The notes below the pieces were generated by a model. The model saw only the letters and a list, made by a program, of their open reading frames with translations. It ran no database searches and had not been told where the DNA came from. Positions 1 through 10,960 of a DNA stretch of 64,000 bases are shown piece by piece. Each line of letters starts with the position of its first letter. The stretch's first letter is position 1. The position numbers and the translations under genes are program-made. Source of the stretch: an uncultured Armatimonadetes bacterium (GTDB lineage: Bacteria > Armatimonadota > Hebobacteria > Hebobacterales > Hebobacteraceae); the NCBI GenBank assembly GCA_963716175.1, contig OY970296.1:4416001-4480000 (forward strand). Reading direction: 5' to 3'.

Positions 1-2
1 GC

Positions 3-1382
3 ATTGCCGAGCTGGCCCAGGCGCTGCCCGCGGCAGGTGAGGCGGAGCCCCTGTGGGCCGAGTCGGCCCTATTCCGGTCAGCCAGCGAGGCCGAGTTTCA
101 TCGCTTCCTGCGCGATGTGGCGCGGGAGGGGGACTCCGACTTCATCATGGCCGGCAACTTCTGGGGCGCCCCAGGCTTCCAGGCCTCGGCCCTCAACGGG
201 CGAGACGTCCAGTTCGCGGGCATGGTTGACAGCTTCCTCTACAGCGAGATGGTGATGGGGACGGAGAACCCGGAGATTGGCCAGGCCAACCTGCCAGGCA
301 CCCGCGGGGGAGTGCGCATCTCGGCCGGACCCGCCATCAGAGAGCTGAGCGCGTCCAGCCGGAACGGGGCCGCCACCAGCTACACCTACTATCCCCAGAC
401 GCCCAACCCGATTCCGAGCGAGCAGGCGATGTTCAATGTCCATCGCCTGGCGATGGCGGACGCCCTTCTCAACCATACCGCCTTCCGCCGCATGGAACCG
501 GGCCAGGTGGAGGCGGTCAAGCGCGCGACCAAGACCGTCTACGACCTGCTGCGCAGCATCGAGCCCAAGATCATGGGCGCCCAGATGGCCGCCAATGTCG
601 CGGTGGTGGCATCCTTCCAGCCGTGCTACTACCAGCGGTACAGCTATCACCTCGAGGTCTCCCGGGCGCTGGCCGATGCCGGCATCGCCCACGAGATGCT
701 GGCCCCCCGCAGCTTGTGCGCGGAGAAGCTCGCCCAATACCGGGCCGTGGTGCTGCCGAACACGGCCGTGATGGGCGACGAAGCTTACCGGGCTCTGCTC
801 GCTTATGCCAAGGGCGGCGGCACCGCGATCGCCTTCGGGGAGGTCGGGACGCTCAACCTTCGAGGCGACCCGGGTCCGGCCGCCAAGAGCCGCGAGGCCA
901 CGGGATTCGTGAAGGTCGAGATAGACCCACACAAGCTGGCCGCGGACGGCGCGAACATCAGCCGAGATGCCGAGTCCGCGCGCCATGCGGCCTGGGCCCG
1001 CGGGCAATGGCCCGATTCGCTATGGCCGACGATGGCGGGCGTGGTGTCCGCAGTCGAGCAAGCGGTCGGCGATGACCTCACCGCCCGGCGCCACCAACCT
1101 GACAGCGTCGAGATCAGCGCCATGCGCCGGCCCGGAAGCGATGACCTAATCGTCAATGTGGTGAGCTACGGCGTGGACATAGACGGCTCAGTGACGCCGG
1201 CCAAGGACATCCGCATCTCGGTCCATGCTCCTAAGGGGAAGAAAGTAGGCCGCGTCTCGTGGCACGCGCTGGACGGAGTGGCGGAGACGCTGCCCACCAA
1301 GCAGATGGGCGAGCGCACCGAGTTCACCATCCCGACACTGGATATCTACGGCATCGCGATCGTGGAGATGAAGACCGGCTAG
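3..1382 (+). CDS. 5'-truncated glycoside hydrolase-like protein with a beta-galactosidase trimerisation (GH42-like) C-terminal domain
   Basis: Frame is open from nt 3 to the TAG at 1380-1382. The segment 'LADAGIAHEML...LAQYRAVVLPNTAVM...LLAYAKGGG' resembles the GATase1-like trimerisation domain. Confidence 0.6.
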   Translation: MAELAQALPAAGEAEPLWAESALFRSASEAEFHRFLRDVAREGDSDFIMAGNFWGAPGFQASALNGRDVQFAGMVDSFLYSEMVMGTENPEIGQANLPGTRGGVRISAGPAIRELSASSRNGAATSYTYYPQTPNPIPSEQAMFNVHRLAMADALLNHTAFRRMEPGQVEAVKRATKTVYDLLRSIEPKIMGAQMAANVAVVASFQPCYYQRYSYHLEVSRALADAGIAHEMLAPRSLCAEKLAQYRAVVLPNTAVMGDEAYRALLAYAKGGGTAIAFGEVGTLNLRGDPGPAAKSREATGFVKVEIDPHKLAADGANISRDAESARHAAWARGQWPDSLWPTMAGVVSAVEQAVGDDLTARRHQPDSVEISAMRRPGSDDLIVNVVSYGVDIDGSVTPAKDIRISVHAPKGKKVGRVSWHALDGVAETLPTKQMGERTEFTIPTLDIYGIAIVEMKTG

Positions 1383-1561
1383 ACCTCGCGAACACGTCCT
1401 CCGCCGCGAGCACGGGGCCCGTGACCAGATGCTGGCACGGGCCCCGCGATTAGCTGGCCCGGCACGGCCAGGGGGCAGTAACCCTCCCCGAGAACGACAG
1501 CTCTGCGCCAGGGAGGAAGGCCGCCGCGCCATGACGAAGCAGAGCCGAGCGGGGACAGCAG

Positions 1562-3553
1562 ATGCAAGACCAGGCGACAGCGAAGGGCGAGTCACAGCCG
1601 GGGCGCGTCGCCTTCATCACCCCGCGTGCGGTGCTGGTGGGCGCGCTCAGCGCGGCCTTCCTTGCCGTGGTGAACCCCTATCTCGCCTTCGTCCGGCGCA
1701 CCTGGGACGTGGGCTCGGGCTCGCTGCTCAGCGGTCCCGTGCTGGTCCTGTTTGCCCTCGTGGTGATCAATGGCCTGGTGATGCGCCTGCTGCCGCGGCG
1801 CGCTTTCACCCGCGCCGAAGTGCTCACCGTCTACGGGATGCTGATGCTCTCCCTGGGGCTGACCATGCAGGGCGGGCTGCCCTACATCGTTTCTGCCACC
1901 ACCTACCCCTTCTACATGGCGAGGCCGGAGAACGGCTGGGAGCATATGATGCTGCCCTACGTGCCGCTGTGGCTGCGCCTCGCCAACCCCGAGGTGGTGC
2001 CCTGGTTCTGGGAGGGGTCACCCCAGGGGTACGGCGTGCCCTGGCACGACTGGCTGGCCCCCATGCTCGCCTGGGGCGGGTTCACGGTGGCCCTCATGGC
2101 CGCCATGTTCTGCCTGGGAGCCCTGCTGCAGAAGGACTGGATCGAAAGACAGCGCCTGGCCTTTCCCCTGGTGGATGTCCCGCTGGCGATTGCGGGCGAG
2201 CGCTCCCGCCCGACTCTCCGCGCCAGCGCCCTCACCAGCCGCATCTTCTGGATCGGCTTTGCTATCCCGGCGGCCATCGCCGCGCTCTCCTGGTTCCACC
2301 GGCTCTTCCCCGCCCTGCCGACTTTCGATCTCTATGACATCCGGGTAGGTCGCTACTTCGCGGGCATGGGGCTTCCCTGGCGAGTGCTCGGCGATATGAG
2401 CGTCTCCATCATCTTCCCGGTCATCGGCATCACCTGTCTGCTGCCCGGTGAGGTGTCACTGAGTCTGTGGGCTTTCTACATCTTCTACCGGCTCCAGTTG
2501 CTGGTATGGGCGAGCTTCGGCGTGGCCGAGGAGGGAGCCACCGCGGCAGTCGGCATCAACCCCCGGCTCTTCGTGGGCTTTCAAGAGGCCGGTGGCTTCA
2601 TCGCCCTCAGCGCGGTCATTCTCTACCAGTCGCGGGCCGCGATCCGCGCTGCCTGGTGGAGCCTCTTCCGGCGCGCCCGCGTGGAGCCGGACCCCTACGC
2701 GCCCCTCAGCGGCCGCGCGGCGCTGCTGGGTTTCGTTCTCGCCAATGGGGCCATGCTCTGGTGGGCGCTGCAGGCCGGTATGTCATGGTGGGCCTTCGCC
2801 GGCCTCCTCGGCGTCTTCTATGCGGTTCTGCTGGGGGCCTCGCGGTTGGTGGCCGCGGGCGGGGTGATGTTCGTTGACACCGGCTTCTTCCCCCGGCAGA
2901 TCATGCTGCGGAGCGTGGGCGCACTGCCTATCGGTTATACCTCGCTCACCTTGTACAGCTACCTCTCAGTCATCTACATGTACGATCCCATGAATCTGGC
3001 CCTGCCCCAGATGATGAACAGCTTCAAGCTGGTCCACAGCAGCGGCCTGCAGGGCCGCATTTTCACCCTGGCGGCGGCCCTGGCTGTGATCGTGGTGATC
3101 GGTTTCGGATTGGCCGCGCTGCTCCGGATGCTGCACACCTACGGCGCCACCTCGCTGGGCTTCTGGCCTTTCACCGACTACCCGGAATGGGCCTTCGGCG
3201 AGCTCGATGCCACCCTGCGCACTCCCGAGGCGCCCGACAACTGGCTCCGCCTCGCCCTCGCGCTCGGCGGCGGCTTCACCCTGCTGCTGGTCTGGCTGCA
3301 CACGCGGTTCGTGTGGTGGCCGGTGAGCCCAGTGGGCTTCCTCATCGCCAGCTCCTACGAGACCAACCGCTCGCTGTGGGTGAACGTCTTCATCGCCTGG
3401 GTCCTGAGCACTCTGGTCCGCCGCTACGGAGGGTTGCGGCTCTTCCGCACGCTCCGCCCCGTCTTCCTCGGCCTGGTCCTGGGAGACTTGCTCACGAAAG
3501 GAGCGCTGGCCATCGTCTCCTCTATCTTCGGGATCACGCAGACCATGAGCTGA
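1562..3553 (+). CDS. Polytopic membrane protein, DUF6785/DUF6784 family (putative transporter)
   Basis: 663 aa with many TM segments. Motifs 'W..RQRLAFPLV', 'WWPVSPVGF' and 'RYGGLRLFR..RPVFLGLVLGD'. Paralog at 38731-40745. Confidence 0.75.
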   Translation: MQDQATAKGESQPGRVAFITPRAVLVGALSAAFLAVVNPYLAFVRRTWDVGSGSLLSGPVLVLFALVVINGLVMRLLPRRAFTRAEVLTVYGMLMLSLGLTMQGGLPYIVSATTYPFYMARPENGWEHMMLPYVPLWLRLANPEVVPWFWEGSPQGYGVPWHDWLAPMLAWGGFTVALMAAMFCLGALLQKDWIERQRLAFPLVDVPLAIAGERSRPTLRASALTSRIFWIGFAIPAAIAALSWFHRLFPALPTFDLYDIRVGRYFAGMGLPWRVLGDMSVSIIFPVIGITCLLPGEVSLSLWAFYIFYRLQLLVWASFGVAEEGATAAVGINPRLFVGFQEAGGFIALSAVILYQSRAAIRAAWWSLFRRARVEPDPYAPLSGRAALLGFVLANGAMLWWALQAGMSWWAFAGLLGVFYAVLLGASRLVAAGGVMFVDTGFFPRQIMLRSVGALPIGYTSLTLYSYLSVIYMYDPMNLALPQMMNSFKLVHSSGLQGRIFTLAAALAVIVVIGFGLAALLRMLHTYGATSLGFWPFTDYPEWAFGELDATLRTPEAPDNWLRLALALGGGFTLLLVWLHTRFVWWPVSPVGFLIASSYETNRSLWVNVFIAWVLSTLVRRYGGLRLFRTLRPVFLGLVLGDLLTKGALAIVSSIFGITQTMS

Positions 3554-3579
3554 CGCAGACCTGCGAGCGTCGGAGGGCG

Positions 3580-5619
3580 TCACTCCCTCTCACTTGCTCT
3601 GCCGGCCGCGCTCATCTCCAGCATCTGGAGCATGCAGTCGAGCGATTGCTCTCCCATGTACACCGTGCCCAGGGAGTTGAAGTCAGCGGGCTCACCGTAG
3701 TCGCGGCGGGCCAGCCAGGGATCGGCGATCCGCTCATGGGTGGCTCCCATCAAATCCCCTGCCACCACCTGTGTCCAGAAGATGCCCTGCAGCACTCGCT
3801 GGTAGAGCGAACGGAAGAAGCGATCACCAGTGCCCTGGTAGAGTCGCCACAGGCACTCCATCTTGCGATTCTGATAGCAGTAGATCGAGTACTGCAGGAA
3901 ATGCTGCTGCTCGGCCGAGGCCAATTGCGTCGGGTTCTCGACCCAGCTCAGCTGCTTCGGGCACCACCACAGGAAAGCCAGGTAGGCATCGGCTACCGCG
4001 CGCTCGAGGCATTCCTGGTCGCGAGTGCGCTCGTACTTGTCGAGCCAATACTCGATCACACCCCAGATGCTGGCCTCCTCCAGCTCATCGGGCGGTAGGT
4101 CGGGATGGTGCCCGGCGAAACGGAATCGCGCCTCGACATGCTCCCGCACGTACTGCTCAAGCTGCTCTGCGAGATCCCTATACCTGGCGTCGCCAGTGAT
4201 CTCTGCTATCACCTGCAGGGCGGGAAGCGCTCGGCCGGGAGTAGATGACGCGGACTTCCGTCCGGGTTCGCCGGCGCTCACAGCCGCGGCATCGGCGCTC
4301 AGATCGGTGGCGACCTTCTGCGGGAGCCCACCGTCGGGGTTGCGCTGTCGCATGGCCCAGTCAACCGCGCGCAGCGCAGCCTCGCGCCATTCCCGGCGGT
4401 CAATCCCCTCGTGGTCCCTGACTCGCTTCCAGGTCTGGAGTATGTAACGAGCCATGTAGACGTTGAGGTCCGGCTTGTAGCCGACATTCCGGCCTCGGTC
4501 ATTGCTGTCAAAGGCCCGTCTGCCGAGATCATAGGCGGTGTGCATGGCGCCGAAGTGGATGCTCGACACCTCCGCGTTCTGCGCTCCCAGCACGAAGTCC
4601 ATCTGCTCGAAGCACCGCTGCCGCCACAGCAGATCGCCAGTGATCTGGTAGAGAAGGTATTCGAAGTAAGCGCTCAACGGCTGCTCGCCCATGTAGACGA
4701 AATCGGAATCCGGGTCGCCCTCCTCCAGCTTGTACCCGATGCCCGGATTCCACAGCGTCGTCTGGCGCCGGCCGGACACGAACAGCTGCAGCGCTTGCTC
4801 GGGCTCTCGCACATACAGCGGCTCGACCGCGAACGAGTTGAGCGCGATCCACTGCTTCACCAGCGAAGTGATGGCCCCCGGGCCATCGCCCGCGTCACTG
4901 AAGACGAGCTGCAGGGGCCAGATGTAGTCAACACCCGCGCGCAAGGAACCTCCGCCCACCCGGAACTGAGCCGCAACCGCGCCATCGGTGAAGAAGAAAC
5001 CGCAAGCCGCCGTCCAAGTGGTAGGGTTCAAGTAGTCGAAGTGGGGGTCGAGCCCAAACAGGAGAGCCACCTTCAGATCGTCCCGGTAGAGCAGCGCGGC
5101 GGGAACGCCAACATAGGTCAACCAGGGTTCAGCAACAGCCCCGGAGTCTTCTGCAAATGGATAGAGGTGACACCGCCAGCTATGAGCATAGCCCGCATGG
5201 TAGGCGAGAACCACCTCCCAGCCGGATAGGTCTTTGTCTACCGCGAACCGGCATTCGACCCGGACGGCCTGGATGTCCTCCGCCAGCGAGACCGTGACGT
5301 GGAATGCGAGCATGGCGCCATCCACCTCCGCGCGCCCGCGGAAGTGAGCACTGGTGTCGGTGACGCGCTCGCCAGTGGAGGCACGAAGCCAGCGCTCTTC
5401 ACCCGTCAGGCTATTCCTGAGGGCAAGGAGACCCGGGCACGGAGAAGCTTCCACCAGGACATCATTGACCTGGATGAAGCCCAGGCCATAGCCATCTCGC
5501 GGTTCCGGGAAAACCCACTTCAGGCCCGCCTTGTTCTGGAGGACGAGCCCGTGCGCGGGAGCCTCCTCGACTTCCCCACACTGGCGGTCTGAGTGCTCGC
5601 AAGGTGGTCCGGTGGCCAT
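3580..5619 (-). CDS. Hypothetical protein with a probable (alpha/alpha)-toroid glycosidase-like C-terminal half
   Basis: Long ORF with ATG at 5619 preceded by GAGGAAG. Helical repeats such as 'LYQITGDLLW', 'QRNPDGG' and 'ITGDARYRDLA'. Confidence 0.55.
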   Translation of the reverse strand: MATGPPCEHSDRQCGEVEEAPAHGLVLQNKAGLKWVFPEPRDGYGLGFIQVNDVLVEASPCPGLLALRNSLTGEERWLRASTGERVTDTSAHFRGRAEVDGAMLAFHVTVSLAEDIQAVRVECRFAVDKDLSGWEVVLAYHAGYAHSWRCHLYPFAEDSGAVAEPWLTYVGVPAALLYRDDLKVALLFGLDPHFDYLNPTTWTAACGFFFTDGAVAAQFRVGGGSLRAGVDYIWPLQLVFSDAGDGPGAITSLVKQWIALNSFAVEPLYVREPEQALQLFVSGRRQTTLWNPGIGYKLEEGDPDSDFVYMGEQPLSAYFEYLLYQITGDLLWRQRCFEQMDFVLGAQNAEVSSIHFGAMHTAYDLGRRAFDSNDRGRNVGYKPDLNVYMARYILQTWKRVRDHEGIDRREWREAALRAVDWAMRQRNPDGGLPQKVATDLSADAAAVSAGEPGRKSASSTPGRALPALQVIAEITGDARYRDLAEQLEQYVREHVEARFRFAGHHPDLPPDELEEASIWGVIEYWLDKYERTRDQECLERAVADAYLAFLWWCPKQLSWVENPTQLASAEQQHFLQYSIYCYQNRKMECLWRLYQGTGDRFFRSLYQRVLQGIFWTQVVAGDLMGATHERIADPWLARRDYGEPADFNSLGTVYMGEQSLDCMLQMLEMSAAGRASERE

Positions 5620-5810
5620 AGCAGCTTCCTCGTGGTCATCATGCCGAGTCCACAGACCATTCGCCCTGCAACTGCGGTAGCCTCGCGCAGCCGGCGTGTT
5701 CACGCGTGCTGTGGGTGCTCCATCTCGCGGGAGGGCGAACGAGAACGGGGGTCGGCCTGAGGCCAACCCCCGTTCATGAGATATCAGGCGCGGCGAGAGG
5801 CCGCCCCGCT

Positions 5811-6311
5811 CTACCTATACCGAAAGTCCGTGTAGTGGCTCTGGATCGGCTCGGTAGAGCTGCCGAAGGCGACGATATACCAGTCCGAGCCCAGCTTACG
5901 CATCCGATAGGACAGGTACAAGGTGTGCCGGGCGTCATCCGGATCCTTGAACACCTGGCCACCGGCATAGAAGACCTCGTTGCTGGAGATCCAGATCGGG
6001 TTGCCGAAGGTGATCTCACTGGTCTGGGTGGTAGTCATCGTGTCCGCGGTCATGGCGTAGTAGTCGTCCGTGGACGTGGTGTAGGAGTACCCGCCATTGA
6101 AGTACACCTGGACGTCGAGCTGATTCGTCAGGTGCGCAGAGAACAGCGCTGGATTGTCCTCGATCCAGGCGTGGCGGATGTCGTTGATGGCGCGCTCCGC
6201 GCCCTGAGAGTCAAGCCTGATGCCAGGCCGGTATGACACTGGCGCATACACGTATTCGTAAGGATCGTAGGGCCCCGCCCCCACACCGCGGAGCCTACCC
6301 CTGGCGGGCAT
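5811..6311 (-). CDS. Hypothetical NTF2-like protein, probably a C-terminal fragment
   Basis: Natural-looking Tyr/Thr-rich sequence from about 6270 downward. The 5' end is GC-hairpin DNA with no convincing RBS. Confidence 0.45.
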   Translation of the reverse strand: MPARGRLRGVGAGPYDPYEYVYAPVSYRPGIRLDSQGAERAINDIRHAWIEDNPALFSAHLTNQLDVQVYFNGGYSYTTSTDDYYAMTADTMTTTQTSEITFGNPIWISSNEVFYAGGQVFKDPDDARHTLYLSYRMRKLGSDWYIVAFGSSTEPIQSHYTDFRYR

Positions 6312-6343
6312 AGCTACGCCCGCCGTCCAACTCCAGGGGGGTG

Positions 6344-6396
6344 TTGACAGATAGGACTGTTTAAGTCATTTTGATATTGCATCCTTCTTAAGTATA
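6344..6396 (+). promoter_or_regulatory. AT-rich promoter/operator region of the RND operon
   Basis: TTGACA at 6344-6349 overlapped by an ACAG-N6-CTGT palindrome. TTAAGT occurs twice (6361, 6388). The operon ends in a MarR gene. Confidence 0.45.
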
Positions 6397-6405
6397 GGGG
6401 ACTCC

Positions 6406-7728
6406 ATGAAGGCCCGTCTCTATGTTCTCGTCCCACTGTTGGTGTTGGTGTGCCTGATCGGCTATCGATTGGTGCAGAAGCGAATCGCGATCAACCTGCA
6501 GACCCAGCAGCGAGCGGCGCGGACGAAGGCAGCGCCGGCCGTAAGCTTCGCCGTCGCCCGCAGGCAGGACATCTCGCACACGCTCGATAGCGTCGGCTCT
6601 GTCGAAGCGCCGCTGAGCGTCAGGATCGCGGCCAAGGTCACTGGACGCATAGACTTCCTGGAAGCTCACGAGGGTGATCGGGTGACCAAGGGCCAGGTCC
6701 TGGCGCGCATTGATCCTGCTCAGGTCGAAGCTCAGGTCCGCCAGGCAAAGGCGTCCCTGGCGGAGGCGCAGTACCGCCTGGCCCAGGCGAAGATCACCCA
6801 GAACCCGACGAACGTCTCCGTCGCCACCCAGGTGCAGCAAGAGGAGGCGGCGGTCCGCAGTGCCGAGGCCAACTTGGCCAACGCCACCGCCAAGTATAAC
6901 CGGGCGAACGGGCTGTACCAGAAGGGGTTCATCGCGGCTCAGGAGGTGGATGACGCCAGGACTGCAGTCGGGGTTCAGCAGGCAGCCCTCGAGCAGGCCC
7001 GCGCGGCCCTTGATTACGCGCGGGCGAACACGGCTCAGACGCCCGCTTACGAGCAGAGCCTGGCCGCGCTCGAAGCCGCGGTGGCGGCCGAGGAGGCCGG
7101 GCTGAGGAATGCGGAATCGCTGCGCGCCGATACTGTGCTGGCGGCCCCCTTCGACGGGTTCGTGACCGGCCGCTACATGGACCCGGGAGCGGTGGTCACC
7201 GCAGGCCAGCCGATCCTCACAGTCCAGTACATGCGGCAGGTGTGGGTCACGGTGAGCATCCCTGAGGAGGCCAGCGGCCAGGTGCAGCTTGGGCAGTCGG
7301 CAGAGGTGAGCCTGGACGCGATGCCGGGAGCGAGGTTCATAGGCAAGGTCACCCAGATCAACCCGTCTGCGGACCCGCAGAGCCGCCAGTTCTCGGTTCG
7401 TGTTACCCTCGATAACCCCAGCTACGCCATCAAGCCCGGCACCTTCGCCCACGTCCTGATCGAGACCGGCAAGGTGCGCGACGCCGTGGTCGTTCCGAGA
7501 GAGGCCGTGCAGGTGGACAAGGCGGGCAGTTACGTGATGGTGATAGACGATAAGGATGTCGCCACCAGGCGGTCGGTGAGCTTGGGCGCCTCGAGTAGCG
7601 ACGTCATCGCCATCGCCAGTGGCCTGCGCCCCGGGGAGAAGGTCATCACTCTGACCGCGTTCCCTCTCAAGGACGGTCAGGCCGTAAGCGTGGGTGGCAA
7701 AGGGGGACAGCGAGGCCGCCGGCGATGA
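6406..7728 (+). CDS. RND efflux periplasmic adaptor (HlyD/MFP family)
   Basis: N-terminal TM, biotinyl-lipoyl-like 'AAKVTGRI..EGDRVTKGQVLARID', coiled coil, 'APFDGFVT' and 'GLRPGEKVI'. Confidence 0.92.
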   Translation: MKARLYVLVPLLVLVCLIGYRLVQKRIAINLQTQQRAARTKAAPAVSFAVARRQDISHTLDSVGSVEAPLSVRIAAKVTGRIDFLEAHEGDRVTKGQVLARIDPAQVEAQVRQAKASLAEAQYRLAQAKITQNPTNVSVATQVQQEEAAVRSAEANLANATAKYNRANGLYQKGFIAAQEVDDARTAVGVQQAALEQARAALDYARANTAQTPAYEQSLAALEAAVAAEEAGLRNAESLRADTVLAAPFDGFVTGRYMDPGAVVTAGQPILTVQYMRQVWVTVSIPEEASGQVQLGQSAEVSLDAMPGARFIGKVTQINPSADPQSRQFSVRVTLDNPSYAIKPGTFAHVLIETGKVRDAVVVPREAVQVDKAGSYVMVIDDKDVATRRSVSLGASSSDVIAIASGLRPGEKVITLTAFPLKDGQAVSVGGKGGQRGRRR

Positions 7729-7826
7729 GCGAGGATTCCGGGCATGATGCTACTGCGGGACTGAAGTCACGAAGCACCGACCAGGCCCCTATCGCGCGGT
7801 CCCTGCTATTGGTCAGGTAAGCGGTC

Positions 7827-10800
7827 ATGAATATAGCGAAGTTTGCGGTGAGCCGTCCTGTCGCTGTCACCATGCAGATCGCGGCGCTGGTGCTGCTGGG
7901 CGCCATCTGCCTCACTCGCCTTCCGGTTGACCTGCTGCCGAAGGTCTCTGTGCCCACGGTCGCGGTGGTGACCTCGTGGCCCAACGTGGCGCCGGAGGAG
8001 ATGGAGGCGCAGGTGACCCGGCCCATCGAACAGGCCGTCTCGTCTGCGACCAATCTCTACCAGGTGAGTTCCAGTACCACCGAGGGCAGTTCCTCTGTCC
8101 GCATCCAGTTTCAGTGGGGCACGGACATCGGGCAGGCCGCGGTCGAAGTCATGCAGTTGGTGCAGCGCGCGACCGGCAAGTTCCCCACCGATCCGACTCT
8201 CCAGCCACCACTGGTGTTCAAGTTCGACCCGAATCAGATACCGATCCTGATCTTCGGCGTCTCCGGTGAGAAGGATCCGGTGAAGCTCAGGATGCTGCTC
8301 GACAACCAGATCTCGCCCATGGTCGAAGGCGGCCAACGGGGTGGCGTCGGCGACGGTAACTGGCGGCCAGCAGCGGGCGATGATCATTGACGTTGATCCT
8401 GATCGGCTGCGCGCTCACAACCTCACCCTCGACGATGTCATGCGGCGCATCGCCCAGGAGAACCTGAACCTGCCCGCCGGCATCGCCAAGCAAGGCAACA
8501 CCGAGTACACGATCCGCAGCCTCGGCTGGTTCACCAGCTCCGACGAGTTGGGCCAGATTCCCGTGGGCTCCTTCAACGGCCAGCCTGGTGGCACTGCGCG
8601 ACATCGCCACGGTGCGTGATGAGCACCCGGAGGTGCGGCTGCTTACTCGACTGAACGGCGAACCCTCAGCCGGTCTCACCGTCAGCAAGCAGAGCGGGGC
8701 GAACACGGTGGCCACCGCGCAGGGCGTGTTTGAGAGGATAGAACGGGTCGAAGAAGCTCTACCCGAACCTCAAGTTCGCGGTGGCCTACGATCAGTCGAA
8801 GTTCATCAGCAGCTCCGTCAGGGACGTCAAGGTGAACGCGCTGATCGGCGGCCTGCTGGCCATTCTCATCCTGCTCTTCTTCCTGCGCAACTTCCGCAGC
8901 ACCCTGGTGGTCGCGCTCTCCATCCCCACCTCCATCATCGCTACCTTCGCCCTGCTCTACCTGTGCGGGTTCACCATCAACACCATGTCGCTGGGGGGTC
9001 TGGCGCTGGCCACCGGCCTGATCGTAGATGATGCGGTGGTGGTGCTCGAGAACATCTTCCGCCACATCGAGCGCGACAGGAAGACGTCCATTGACGGAGC
9101 CATCGAGGGCACCAACGAGATCCTGTCCGCGGTGATCGCCTCCACCTGGACGGTGATGGTTGTCTTCCTGCCCCTGCTGCTGATCAAGGGGCCAGGCGGG
9201 CCAGATGTTCACCCAGTTCGCGCTGGTGGTGATCTTCTCGCTGGCCGTCTCCCTGCTCGATGCCACCACCGTCGTACCCATGCTGGCGACGCGCGTGATC
9301 CATGGAGAGGCCCACCGCGAGAGCCTGGAGAACGGGCGCAACAGCGGCCTGGTGGGCAGGGCCTTCGTGCGGTTCGGCCAGTGGTTCAACGCCCTGGACG
9401 CCGCCTACCGGCGCGCCCTGCAGTGGGCGATCCACCATCGCCCCCTGACCATCGGGGGCGCGGTGGCGATCACGGCTCTCAGCCTCTCGCTGCTGCCCCA
9501 GATCGGTACCGAGCTGATGCCGGCGACCGACAGCGGCGACTTCACGGTGAGCGTCAAGCTGCCTGTCGGCACCGCCCTCTCCAAGACGGATGAAGTCATG
9601 CAGCGGGTCGAGCAGAGCATCGCGAGCAACCCGAACGTGGCGACCGTATTTGCCACCGTTGGTTCGCGAGGTGGGATGGGTGGCGGCCAGGCGCTCACTC
9701 CCTACCAGGGCGGGGTCAGTGTCAAGCTGAAGGATGACCGGACGCAGTCCACACTGGAGGTGATCTGCGACCTCCGCCGCCAGCTCTCGGGTCTGCCGGG
9801 CGTGCAGGCCCGGCTCTTTCAGATGGACCTGGTCACTAACCTCATGACCGGTGGCAATCCGAATCTCGAGGTAGATATCTTCGGGGATGATCTCGCCACC
9901 CTCTCGGCCATCGCGCGTGACGTGATGAGCCGGGTGCGCGGCCTGCCGGGCTTCGAGAACGTGGACGTGAACTGGCAGGAGGCGATGCCCGAAATCCAGT
10001 GGCAGCGTGGACCGGCAGAAAGCGCTCCAGCTGGGCGTGAGCTTCGCCGATATCGCCAACACCCTTAACACCGCCACCAACGGCACCATCACCACCTACT
10101 ACCAGGAGAAGGGGTTCCAGTACCCCATCATCGTGCAGATGCCGGAGGCCACCCGCAAGACCGTCCCCGAGCTTCAGAACCTGGTGGTCAACCCTAGTAC
10201 CGCGGGCAGCGGTTCACATCCGATCTTGCTGGGCCAAGTCACCCAACCTGTCTACGCGATGGGCCCCAGCCAGATCACCCGCCTGGACCGGCAGCGCTAC
10301 ATCGCCGTGACGGGCACGCCGCAGGGCCGTTCCCCGGGCGAGATCCAGGCCGACCTGCAGAGGATCATGGCCGACGTGAAGCTGCCCTCCGGCTTCTACT
10401 GGGACTGGGGCACTGACCAGAGGCGCAGGGCGGAGGAGTTCAGCGGCATGTGGCTGGCCGTGGTGCTGGCGATCTGCCTGATCTACATGCTGCTGGCGGC
10501 GCAGTTCGAGTCCTTCGTGCATCCGCTGGTGATCCTGATGTCCGTGCCGCTGTCGGTAACCGGGGTGATGCTCGCGCTATTCCTCACGGGACGCTCCTTC
10601 GGACTGACCGCCTTCATCGGGCTACTCATGCTGGTGGGCATCGTAGTCAAGAACGGCATTCTGCTGGTGGACTATACCAATGTGCTGCGCAGGCGCGGCC
10701 TGGCGCGAGAGGAGGCGGTGCTGACCGCGGGCCCGACCCGGCTGCGCCCGATCCTGATGACGGCGTCGGCCGCCATCCTGGGCATGCTGCCGCTGGCGAT

Positions 10801-10960
10801 GGCGCTGGGCAAGGGATCGGAAGTGCAGGCGCCGATGGCCACCGCGGTGATCGGCGGACTGGCCACCTCCACGCTGTTGACGCTGCTCGTGGTGCCCACC
10901 GTCTACACGGTGTTCGATGACATCGCGGTACGACTGCGCAGAAAGGGCGGCGAGGGATGA
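7827..10960 (+). CDS. RND efflux permease (AcrB/AcrD/AcrF family), split by five +1 frameshifts
   Basis: Six collinear ORF pieces (7827, 8341, 8588, 8781, 9205, 10007), each shifted +1. Motifs 'GLIVDDAVVVLENI', 'GIVVKNGILLVD' and 'RLRPILMT'. Confidence 0.9.

Noticed and set aside
6460-6480. Similarity of the 84-bp insert (GGCTATC-TGGTGCAGAA) to the adaptor gene
   Set aside because: It needs a 3-nt gap and has only 10 contiguous matches, so it is not significant.
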